Assembly (NCBI GenBank): GCA_044346795.1
Contig: JBIIYN010000001.1
Coordinates: forward strand, 1-38,895
Source of the DNA: Pirellulales bacterium
Lineage (GTDB): Bacteria; Planctomycetota; Planctomycetia; Pirellulales; UBA1268
DNA length: 38,895 nucleotides
Direction: 5' to 3'
A program made the position numbers and the translations under genes. Shown in pieces: positions 29,736 to 37,757 of this stretch; positions within the stretch are counted from its first letter, which is position 1, and each line of letters begins with the position of its first letter. Below the pieces are notes generated by a model, which had not been told where the DNA came from, did no database searches, and was given only the letters and a program-made list of their open reading frames with translations.

Positions 29736-31702
29736 CCTTCCGCATCCCGTCAATCGTCCTGCTCGCCATCGTGGCCGCGGCGCCGCCGGCGGCCGCGGCA
29801 CCGGCGGCGATCGGCCCCTGGCTCGCGAAGCACTGCGGCGAATGCCACGCGGGCGGGTCGCAGGAGGGAGACCTGTCGCTCGAGGGCGTGGCCGGGTTCG
29901 ACGACCTCAAGCCCGAGGCGTGGGCCAGCGTGCACGAACAGTTGCAGCTGACGCTGATGCCGCCGGCCGACGCGGCGCAGCCGACGGCGGAAACGCGTGC
30001 CGACATGCTTGCCTGGATCGCCGGCTCGATGCGGGCGGCGGGGCATCACGTGGTCGACAAGCTCGCGCTTCCCAACTACGGCAACTACGTGCCCCACGAG
30101 CCGCTCTTCCGCGGACCCGCGCATCCGGCGCCGGCGACGCCGGCCCGGGTCTGGCGGGTGCGGCCCGACGTCTACGAGAGCCGCGTGGGCGGCATCCAGC
30201 CGTTCGCGTTCCTGCCGGGGCAGCAGATCGCGGACTACGCCAGCCTCTACGAACTGGATGATTCGGCGGCCGAGGTCGTGCTCTCCAACGCCCAGGCCCT
30301 GGCGGAGACCTGGGTGACGGGACAGTTCAAGGCCTTGCTCGATCCGAAGACGGAGCCGGCCGCGGCGGCGATCGACGGGGCGGTGAATCAGGCGTTCCGC
30401 AAGGCGCTGGGCCGCGGACCGACGACCGACGAGGCGGAACGGTGCCGCGGAATCTATGCGAAGGTGCTCGCGGCGCATGGCCGCGAGCGGGCGGTGCGGG
30501 CGGCCGTGGTCTATCCCTTCCTGCAGCCGGAGGCCTACTACCGGCTGGAGATCGGGGTCGGCGAGCCCGACGAGCACGGCCGACGGCGGCTTTCCAAGGA
30601 GGCGATCGTGTTCGCCATCCAGCAGACGCTCTCCGGCGACAGGCGGCCCCCCAGGCTCGTCGCCGTGCTCGCGGACGGCAAGGCGACGCTCGGCACGAGG
30701 GCGGACGTGGCGGCGGTCGTCCACGACGTGCTCGCCGGGGAGCCGGCGGGCGGCGTGAACGGCCGGTTGCTGCGGTTCGTCGACGAATACTTCGACTACC
30801 GCAAGGCGGCGGACGTCTTCAAGGAGCCGAAGGTGCCGATCGCCGGAGTGTTCGCGGCCGGCACCCTCGTGCGGGACACGTCCCGGCTTCTCCACCGGAT
30901 CCTGGCGGAGGATCGCGACGTCTTTCGGAGGCTGCTCACCACCCGCGAGGCCTTCCTCGAAGGCCGCGGCGAGGCCCCGATCTACAACCTGCCGCCCGAC
31001 CTCAAGCTGGTGGACGGAAGGTTCGAGGCCGTGGTCCGCGGCCTGTCCCCGGACCCCGCGGTCGACGGCCTGGTGACGCTCGATCCCGCAGTCCGCTGCG
31101 GCATCCTCACGCAGCCGGCCTGGCTCGTGGCCCACTCCGGCAACTTCGACAACGATCCGGTCCGCCGCGGCAAGTGGGTGCTCGAGCACCTGCTCGGCGG
31201 CACGGTGCCCGACGTGCCCGTCACGGTCTGTGCGGTCGTGCCGGAGGACCCCGCGAAGACGCTCCGCGAGCGGTTCAGCATGGTGCGGGACGACGCCTAC
31301 TGCTGGAAGTGCCACCGCCGCATGAACCAGCTCGGCATGCCGTTCGAGATCTACGAGCACTTCGGCAGGCACCGCACGCGGGAGCTGGAGAAGCCGGTCG
31401 ACTCCTCCGGTGCCGTGGTGGACAGCGGCGACCCGTCGCTCGACGGCCCGGTGCAGGACGCCATCGAGCTGATCGAGAGGCTCGCGGCCTCGCGGCGGGC
31501 GGAGGAGATGTTCGTGCGTTACGCGTTCCGCTTCTTCCTGGGCCGCAACGAGACGCTCCGCGACGCGGCCACGCTCCGCGAGGCCCACGCGGCCTTCGTG
31601 GCGTCCCAGGGCAGCCTGAAGGCTCTCGTCGCCGCGCTGCTCGCCAGCGACTCCTTCCTCTACCGGGTCGCCGAGGCCCCGCCCGTCACGGCAGTTCCGT
31701 GA
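29732..31702 (+). CDS. PSCyt3 / DUF1592-DUF1588-DUF1585-type protein (usual partner of DUF1552), 656 aa
   Basis: In frame with ORF 29579..31702. ATG 29732 overlaps the upstream stop (ATGA). Signal peptide, N-terminal CGECH, a later CWKCHRRMNQLGMPFEIYEHFGR (DUF1588-like), and a C-terminal FVRYAFRFFLGR...LLASDSFLYR (DUF1585-like). Confidence 0.85.
   Translation: MTFRIPSIVLLAIVAAAPPAAAAPAAIGPWLAKHCGECHAGGSQEGDLSLEGVAGFDDLKPEAWASVHEQLQLTLMPPADAAQPTAETRADMLAWIAGSMRAAGHHVVDKLALPNYGNYVPHEPLFRGPAHPAPATPARVWRVRPDVYESRVGGIQPFAFLPGQQIADYASLYELDDSAAEVVLSNAQALAETWVTGQFKALLDPKTEPAAAAIDGAVNQAFRKALGRGPTTDEAERCRGIYAKVLAAHGRERAVRAAVVYPFLQPEAYYRLEIGVGEPDEHGRRRLSKEAIVFAIQQTLSGDRRPPRLVAVLADGKATLGTRADVAAVVHDVLAGEPAGGVNGRLLRFVDEYFDYRKAADVFKEPKVPIAGVFAAGTLVRDTSRLLHRILAEDRDVFRRLLTTREAFLEGRGEAPIYNLPPDLKLVDGRFEAVVRGLSPDPAVDGLVTLDPAVRCGILTQPAWLVAHSGNFDNDPVRRGKWVLEHLLGGTVPDVPVTVCAVVPEDPAKTLRERFSMVRDDAYCWKCHRRMNQLGMPFEIYEHFGRHRTRELEKPVDSSGAVVDSGDPSLDGPVQDAIELIERLAASRRAEEMFVRYAFRFFLGRNETLRDAATLREAHAAFVASQGSLKALVAALLASDSFLYRVAEAPPVTAVP
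31686..31702. other. 17-nt inverted repeat TCACGG-cagtt-CCGTGA containing the stop codons of both convergent genes
   Basis: TCACGG (31686-31691) is the exact reverse complement of CCGTGA (31697-31702). TGA at 31700-31702 ends the plus-strand gene, and TCA at 31686-31688 is the minus-strand TGA. Confidence 0.6.
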
Positions 31703-32354
31703 TCCGGATGTTGCGGTAGCGGACCGTGCCGACCATCTTGCCGTGGATCTGCAGGGCGATCACGCCCTGCCGCGGGATCGAGTCGTCGGGCTCGACGTAG
31801 TCGACCGTCTCCACGCCGTTGATCGAGAGCCGCACCCGCGCGCCCTCGCAGCGGATCACGTACTCGTTCCAGCCGTCCTTCGCCTTCGCCAGCGCCGCGG
31901 CCACGGCCTCCGGGGCCGCCGTGGCGAGCAGCCGCTTCCGCCGGCTCTCGTCGTAGAGCGAGCCGTCCCAGCCGGGCCCGATGTCGGCCTGGTAGCCGAT
32001 CACCTCGTGGTGGTCGGGAATCCGCTCCGTGCGGAACTGCACACCCGCATTGCCCTCCTTGGTGAAGTCGAGCTTGTATTCCAGCCGCAGTTCGAAGTCG
32101 CCAAACCGGCGGTTCGTCGCCAGGAACTCGTTCCGCGGGGCGGGCCGCCCGGCGTCGCCGGCGACGATCGCCTTGTCCTCGATCCGCCAGGTGCCGGCCG
32201 TGTCGCCGTTCCAGCCGGTGAACGTCGTGCCGTCGAAGAGCGATTCCGCGGCGGCGGCCGCCGGGGCGACCGCGAGCAGGAGGACGCCGAGGGCGGCCGC
32301 GACGGGCCATGGCGGCAGGTGGGCGGCGAGCTTGGGCTGGGGAGCGGAGTTCAT
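31686..32354 (-). CDS. DUF1080 (3-keto-disaccharide hydrolase-like, jelly-roll) secreted protein, 222 aa
   Basis: Full ORF with ATG 32352-32354 and a signal peptide. Blocks are LFDGTTFTGWNG..WRIEDKAIV, FGDFELRLEYK, NAGVQFR, GYQADI, GWNEYVIRCEGARVRLSINGV and IALQIHG. Confidence 0.85.
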   Translation of the reverse strand: MNSAPQPKLAAHLPPWPVAAALGVLLLAVAPAAAAAESLFDGTTFTGWNGDTAGTWRIEDKAIVAGDAGRPAPRNEFLATNRRFGDFELRLEYKLDFTKEGNAGVQFRTERIPDHHEVIGYQADIGPGWDGSLYDESRRKRLLATAAPEAVAAALAKAKDGWNEYVIRCEGARVRLSINGVETVDYVEPDDSIPRQGVIALQIHGKMVGTVRYRNIRITELP

Positions 32355-32492
32355 GGGAATTCGATCCTCGCGGGGAAGGGGAGCCGCCGGGGGCGTGGCG
32401 TTACCTGTCTGACCTCTGGTCTTTTATACTGCGAGAAAACGGTGCCGTCAGCAGGCGTGGGGCGATTCGTCTGTTCCCGTCTTCGCCGCGAG

Positions 32493-33314
32493 TCACTTCG
32501 CAGCCGCTTCCGCGGGCGGCGGTTCGGGAATGGTGAGGGCCACGCGGAAACCCCAGTGATTCTGCGGGCGGAACGGGGGCCAGCCGTAGGCGTCGCTGCC
32601 GCGGGCCGCCGACTGTCCGTACCCGGCGGAATGCCGGAAGCTGCCCCCGCGGATGACCCGCTCGGAGCCTTCGGCCGGCCCCTGCGGATCGGTCGCGGCG
32701 GCGGCTTCGTAGGGACTGAAGAAGTCGTTGCACCACTCCCAGACATTCCCGTGCATGTCGTGAAGCCCCCACGGATTCGGCTTCCTCTTGCCGACGGGCT
32801 GCGTCTGGGCCTGCGAGTTGTCGACGAACCACCCGTAGTCTGCAAGTTGCTTCCAATCGTCGCCGAACGGGTAGAGCGTCTTCGTGCCCGCCCGGCAGGC
32901 ATACTCCCACTCCGCTTCGGTCGGGAGCCGGTACACCCGCCCCGCCTTCTTCTCCTCTGGCAGTCCCGACAGCGCCTTGCAGAACCCTGCCGCCTGCCCC
33001 CAGTCCACCGTATCCACCGGACGGTCGGGTTCTTTCCACGTGCTCGGCTCGGACTTCGAGACCGCCTTCCACTGGGCGTTGGTGACCTCGTGCATGCCGA
33101 GGAAGAAGGGCTTCGTGATCCGCACGCGGTGGACCGGCCCGGCATACCGGGTCGCGAGTCCGTTGTCGGCATGCCCCATGTCGAACTCCCCTGCGGGAAT
33201 CTTCACGAGTTTCATGCCGATCGAGTTTTCCAGCACCTCAGGGGACTGCTGGGCCCGGGCGACGAGGCATGCACCCGCGATCCACATCACCGCCGCGATC
33301 GTCACGTTTCGCAT
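32493..33314 (-). CDS. Secreted FGE/SUMF1-like domain protein without the catalytic cysteines, 273 aa
   Basis: In frame with ORF 32493..33365. ATG 33312-33314 lies 9 nt after GAGGAG. Blocks are MKLVKIPAGEFDMG, HEVTNAQW, YRLPTEAEWEYACRAGT, NPWGLHDMHGNVWEW, IRGGSF and GFRVAL. Confidence 0.88.
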   Translation of the reverse strand: MRNVTIAAVMWIAGACLVARAQQSPEVLENSIGMKLVKIPAGEFDMGHADNGLATRYAGPVHRVRITKPFFLGMHEVTNAQWKAVSKSEPSTWKEPDRPVDTVDWGQAAGFCKALSGLPEEKKAGRVYRLPTEAEWEYACRAGTKTLYPFGDDWKQLADYGWFVDNSQAQTQPVGKRKPNPWGLHDMHGNVWEWCNDFFSPYEAAAATDPQGPAEGSERVIRGGSFRHSAGYGQSAARGSDAYGWPPFRPQNHWGFRVALTIPEPPPAEAAAK

Positions 33315-33578
33315 CGCCGAAGGCTCCTCGTGAACGGACGGAGTCCGGTTCCAAGACGATACCATGACGGCTGATTTTTCCGAAGTCGGCTAACCCCCCC
33401 GGGGCCGTCACGACGGGACGACGGGCGACGAGCCGGTTTTTCGGCGGTTGGGGACGAAAGAGCGTTGATCCGGACGCCGGCGTCCACCGAGCACCCACCG
33501 TTTTCCCAGCGGAGCATGACTTCGTGCCGGCGCTGTTCGCGACGTCCCGACCAGCACGCGGAGACCACGCCGCGCCGG

Positions 33579-35336
33579 TCACGGCTGCGCCGGCCTGGCC
33601 GCCTCCAACTTCTCGAAGGCCGCGACCTGCGCCGCCGGCATCGCCGTGAACGTGAACTGCGTGGTCTTCGGCAGCGCCGCCTTCAGCCGGTCGATGTCGG
33701 CCTGCGGCACCACGACGTTCGAGAGCGTCAGCGACGTGAGCGCCGGCAGCTTCGCCAGGTGCTCCAGCCCGCCGTCGTAGCTGAACCGCGAACTCGAAAT
33801 GGACAACTTCGCGAGCTTCGGCAGCGTCGCCAGCGACGCGAGACCCGCATTCGTCAGGCCCGCGGTGCCCTGCGGGGAAAACGACAGCTGTTCGACCGCC
33901 GGATGACGGGCGAGCAATCCGCAGGCGGCGTCGGTCGCCTGCTGCTGCCCGATCACGATCGCGGCGAGCCGCGGATTGGTCAGCATGGCCTTGAACGCGG
34001 CCGGGTCTTTCACCCAGGCCGGCGGCAGCACGAGGTTCGAGACGGTCGGATGGCCGGACACGACCGCTGCCGCGGCCGGCGTGATGCCGCTACAGCCGGG
34101 GAGATGCAGCCCGCGGAGCGACTTCATCTCCGCGATGTGGGCCAGGCCCGCGTCGGTGACGGGGCAGTTCGTGAGCACGAGCGTCGTCGGGTCGAACGTG
34201 GCCAGCCGGCCGATGACGGCATCAGTGCCGACGCTGCCCGTGAGGCCGAAGGCCCGGACCGCGAACTTCGTCCGCAGCGGCTCGATCGCCGCCCACACGT
34301 CGGCCGTCGGCGCCGCGGTCGACGAGCCGAGCACGAGCATCGTGCGGAGCGGGTCGAGGGGATCGGCCTGCAGCTGGATGCTCGCGTCCTTGAGCACCGC
34401 GGGCATGTCTCGCATCGCCTCCTTCCGCTCGAACGCGGCCCGATGCTCCGGCTTCATCGGCGTGAACGTGATCTTCACCTTCGGAAGGTCGGCCCTGAGC
34501 CGGGCGAGGTCGTCGTCGGAGATGAGCATGTTCGTGAGCGTGAGCGTCTCGAGCTCTGGCACGCCCTTGAGCAGCTCCAGGCTGCCGTCGTAGGTGGCGC
34601 GGGAGTATTCCAGCCAGAGCTTCCTGAGCTTCGGAAGCGTCGTCAGGGAGGTGACGCCCGCGTCCGTGATGAACGGGGGATTCCAGTCGGGCCAGAACCA
34701 GAGATCCTCGAGCGCGGGGTGATGCTCGAGCATCTTGCAATAGGCGTCGCTGCCGATGTGGCCCCAGGCGACGGCCCGCAGCCGCGTGCACGACTTCACG
34801 AGCCGTTCATAGGTCGCCGGGTCGCCGAACCACGTTCCCGGCGGAATGAAGAACTCGAGCGCGGGATGATTCTCGACCGTGCGGGCCGTCTTCGTCGTGA
34901 TCCCGCCGCCGGCATGCACGAACGTCAGCACCTTCAGCGACTTCATGGAGGCGAAGTGCTCGGCCCCGGCATCGGTCATCGGCATGTCCCAGATCATGAG
35001 TTCGGTGGGGTCGAGCTTCGCGAATCGCGGCATGGCCGCGTCGCCGAACCCCTTGCCGCTCAGGTAGAACCCGCGGATGCCGAGTTTCTCGATCGCCTCC
35101 CACTGCTCTTCGGAGAGCGGCTCTTGGGCCGTGAGGTACAGCATGGGACCGATCGGCCCACCGACCTGGAGCTGCGTTGTGCCGATCCGGGCCTGCAACG
35201 GCTTCAGGACGTCGGGGATCTGCGGCGGTGCGGGCTTGGCCGGGGCGGGAGCCGCGGCAGGTGGGGCGGCATGACAGACGAGCGGGCAACTCGTGAGCAG
35301 GAACATCGCGACGAAGTGGATGGCAAAGCGGGTCAT
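33579..35336 (-). CDS. Secreted leucine-rich-repeat (RNI-like) protein made of two tandem ~270-aa units, 585 aa
   Basis: ORF 33579..35339 begins GTG-ATG, and I take the ATG (35334-35336), 9 nt after GAGGAG. Signal peptide present. LRR-like periodicity is seen (TDAG..H.A.MKSL..L, L..LP.L..L, L..L..L..L.L.N). Confidence 0.8.
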   Translation of the reverse strand: MTRFAIHFVAMFLLTSCPLVCHAAPPAAAPAPAKPAPPQIPDVLKPLQARIGTTQLQVGGPIGPMLYLTAQEPLSEEQWEAIEKLGIRGFYLSGKGFGDAAMPRFAKLDPTELMIWDMPMTDAGAEHFASMKSLKVLTFVHAGGGITTKTARTVENHPALEFFIPPGTWFGDPATYERLVKSCTRLRAVAWGHIGSDAYCKMLEHHPALEDLWFWPDWNPPFITDAGVTSLTTLPKLRKLWLEYSRATYDGSLELLKGVPELETLTLTNMLISDDDLARLRADLPKVKITFTPMKPEHRAAFERKEAMRDMPAVLKDASIQLQADPLDPLRTMLVLGSSTAAPTADVWAAIEPLRTKFAVRAFGLTGSVGTDAVIGRLATFDPTTLVLTNCPVTDAGLAHIAEMKSLRGLHLPGCSGITPAAAAVVSGHPTVSNLVLPPAWVKDPAAFKAMLTNPRLAAIVIGQQQATDAACGLLARHPAVEQLSFSPQGTAGLTNAGLASLATLPKLAKLSISSSRFSYDGGLEHLAKLPALTSLTLSNVVVPQADIDRLKAALPKTTQFTFTAMPAAQVAAFEKLEAARPAQP

Positions 35337-35480
35337 CACGAGAGACTCCTCGAAGGAAAGGTGAGGCGAATGAATCCTACACCGTGACGTCCGATTCGCA
35401 CGGCTCGCCTGTGGAGCACGCCTTGGAAATCCTGATCCAGTCGGTGTGAAAGTCTACCACCCGGCGATCTCGTCGGGGCG

Positions 35481-35882
35481 GTGCTTCTTCCGTCGGCTCG
35501 CCGCGAAGCGGTGGTCGTCGACGGGATGACGTGCGAGGAAGCCAAGAGGCTGAAGCACTCGGAAGATGAGAACCGGCGGCTCAAACAGGTGGGCATCGAC
35601 ACGCTGCACAACGAACCGGGCAGCCCTTGGGAGAAGGGCTACGCCGAGAGCTTCCGCGGCCGACTGAGAGATGAGTTCCTGGCGATGGAGATCTTCGAGG
35701 GTGGCCGGGATGCCCGGACGCTCACGGCTTCGTGGAGAGATGAGTACCATATCCAGCGGCCTCACAGCTCGTTGGGTTATCGAACCCCGGCCGGGTTCGT
35801 CGCCGCGTGTGAGGCTTTCGCCTCGGCCAAGGCCTCGGCTCCAGCCGCACGCGCTGGTTGCCTTGGTCAACCCTGTTTCTGA
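35481..35882 (+). mobile_element. IS3-family transposase relic (OrfA leucine-zipper fragment fused to the extreme C-terminus of the integrase core); non-functional
   Basis: EEAKRLKHSEDENRRLKQ resembles the OrfA zipper. It is followed directly by GI..LHNEPGSPWEKGYAESFRGRLRDEFL..EIF....DAR.L...WRDEYHIQRPHSSLGYRTPAGF, which is the last ~70 aa of an rve domain. The two catalytic Asp regions are missing. The ORF starts at GTG. Its codon usage (aga, tat, cat, atc, cga) is unlike its neighbours. No terminal inverted repeats were identified. Confidence 0.7.
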
Positions 35883-36002
35883 ACCCTCCTACCCCCTTGG
35901 TACAAAGAATTCCAGGCGTTCGCATCCCAGCAGAGTAATTCGATGATGCATCGCAACCGCTGCAACCCGGGTCGAAGGTGCTCCGTGGTGCCTTGCTTGC
36001 GG

Positions 36003-36552
36003 ATGGGCCATGCGATCGTGGTCTTGATGGTCGTGCTCGTGGCGACCGTGCTTGCGGCGGCGCCGGCTTCCTCCGCCGAGGCGAGCAAGCCCGCGGGGCT
36101 CGACACGTCGACGGCCGCCTTCTTCCAATCCCACTGCGTTCGCTGTCACAACGCGGACACGGCTGAGGCTGAGTTGCGGCTCGACCGGCTCGACGCCGAC
36201 CTCGACCGTGCCGACGTCTTCGCCCGTTGGCAAAGAATCGTCCAACGCCTGCGGGCCGGCGAGATGCCGCCTCGAGAGGAACCGCAGCCGACCGCCGCGG
36301 AGCGAACGGCGGCGATCGACGTTCTCGATGCCCAGCTGAAGGCCGTTTCGACACGCCGCCGACAGTCGGGCCGGGTGGTGCTCCGCCGTCTCAATCGCGT
36401 CGAATACCAGAACACCCTCAACGACCTGTTCGCCGTCGATGTGGACATCCAGGATCTGCTGCCCGAAGACACGGTGGCACTCGGCTTCGCAATACGGCCT
36501 GCGGTCGCTGGTGCATGAGGTGGTGCAGTCGAAACTGTTTGCAACCAAGTAG
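36003..36552 (+). pseudogene. Collapsed PSCyt3/DUF1587...DUF1585-type gene: N-terminal ~165 codons joined out of frame to the last 18 codons
   Basis: The N-terminal part (frame of ORF 35943..36518) has a signal peptide, FFQSHCVRCHN, MPPREEPQPT and RRLNRVEYQNTLNDLFAVDV..LLPED...GF. Around 36490-36496 the reading switches frame. From 36496 the sequence GLRSLVHEVVQSKLFATK-stop (stop 36550-36552) looks like a family C-terminus. The next gene starts 10 nt later behind GGAG, as in an intact pair. Intact relatives are 650-1000 aa. Confidence 0.65.
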
Positions 36553-36562
36553 GAGTCGAACG

Positions 36563-37518
36563 ATGAAGACTTTTGGGCTTGCGCGGCGGTCGTTCCTGCG
36601 GGCCGGCGGCGTCACGATGGCCCTGCCCCTGCTCGAGGCGATGTCGCCGCGGCGGCTCCTAGGCGGCGAAGCCGCCGCGGCGCCGCGCCGCATGGTGCTC
36701 GTCTGCACGCCGCTGGGGCTGCACACGGAGTATCTGAACCCGAAGCAAGCGGGGCGGGATTACGAGCCGACGCCGTATCTCGACGTGATCAAGGAGTTTC
36801 GTGACGACTTCACCGTGTTTTCGGGCCTCTCGCATCCCGAGAGCAATGGTGGGCACGGCGGCGAGCTGACCTTCGTGACCGGTGCCCGGGTTACGGCGCC
36901 TGGCAGCTTCAAGAACACCATGTCGCTCGATCAAGCCGCGGTCGAGAAGCTGAGTCCCGACACGCGGTTCAAGTCGCTCTCCCTGTCCACCGGCGCCGGC
37001 GCCGTGAACACCAAGAGTCTGTCGTGGACGGCCAACGGCGTGAACATTCCCGCCGAGGATCGGCCCTCGCAGCTGTTCCAGCGGATGTTCGTCACCGGCA
37101 CGCCCGCGGAGATCGCGACCCAGGTGCAGCGGCTGAAGCAGGGCGAAAGCATCATGGATGCCGTGCTGCAAGAGGCCAATGCATTCCAAAACAAGCTCGG
37201 CGGCCGCGATCGCGAGAAGCTCGACGAATACTTCACCGCCGTCCGCGAGGTCGAGCAGCGGCTCGTCTCCGGGCAGGAGTGGGCGACGCGTCCGAAGCCG
37301 AAAGTGGAGGCAACGCCGCCAGCAGCCACGACAGCCGGAACCTGCCGGTCGTGGTCGCCGGCGGCGGATTCCGGCACGGGCAGCACCTGGCCTTCGATCC
37401 GAGCAAGCACCCGCCGCTGTGCAACCTCTACGCGCAGTTTCTCCGGCGGCTCGGTGCCGACGTGAACGGGTTTTCGACCAGCACGGCCGCGTCGCTGCCG
37501 GGCTTCGAGATGGCGTAA
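36563..37518 (+). pseudogene. DUF1552 gene with internal deletion and frameshift (junction ~37300-37310)
   Basis: ATG 36563 opens with MKTFGLARRSFLRAGG (Tat-like), then VLVCTPLG, FSGLSHP and ..EYFTAVREVEQRL..WATRPKPKVE in frame 2. The family C-terminus GGNAASSHDSRNLPVVVAGGGFRHGQHLAFD...PLCNLYAQFLRRLG..GFSTSTA.LPG continues in frame 1 to the stop at 37518. About 130-150 aa of the middle (present in 26039-27430) are missing. Confidence 0.7.
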
Positions 37519-37561
37519 GAATCCCACCCGGATCACAGTCTCCTGCAACGCCGCCCGCGCC

Positions 37562-37744
37562 CTAGGACGAGAGAACCTTGGCGGCTATCGCAACGGCAAG
37601 TGGACCACGCGGCTGAGAAATTCGTCCGCGGTCAGGCCCCGACGTCCCCGCGGAGTCGTCTTGGGCGGTGCGGACATCGATCTGCTTCCGACGGAGCCCC
37701 TCCGAAACGCTCGCCGGCACATGTACATCCATGTCAATGGCCAT
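37562..37744 (-). CDS. Doubtful 60-aa ORF; N-terminus faintly resembles PIN-like DUF5615 toxins, probably a remnant
   Basis: MAIDMDVHVPASVSEGLRRKQIDVRTAQDD loosely fits the DUF5615 N-terminal pattern (lDenv...l...Lr..GhDV....e.g). The rest does not fit, and no DUF433-like partner lies upstream. Confidence 0.2.
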   Translation of the reverse strand: MAIDMDVHVPASVSEGLRRKQIDVRTAQDDSAGTSGPDRGRISQPRGPLAVAIAAKVLSS

Positions 37745-37757
37745 GCGGCTCTGACCC

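Noticed and set aside
27459-33314. The FGE-like proteins as maturases for the DUF1501 (sulfatase-like) proteins in the window, and the caspase-like fusion as an anti-phage protease system.
   Set aside because: Both FGE-like domains lack the catalytic Cys pair. I saw no C/S-x-P-x-R target motif in the three DUF1501 proteins. The caspase-like domain lacks its Cys. No defence-type partners (NTPase, nuclease, gasdermin-like or CRISPR components) are present.
213-35387. Many very long ORFs lie antisense to, or out of frame with, the called genes. Examples: 213-1610 +, 3403-5805 +, 4664-6568 +, 6579-9506 +, 9416-12055 +, 12755-14134 -, 14271-16136 -, 16227-18851 -, 20645-22924 -, 23180-24493 -, 24614-25930 +, 27264-29801 -, 29750-31588 -, 31743-33374 +, 33465-35387 +.
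   Set aside because: They are Arg/Gly/Pro/Ala-dominated with no recognisable family motifs. Each fully overlaps a gene whose translation shows clear domain signatures. Long stop-free shadow frames are expected at this GC content.
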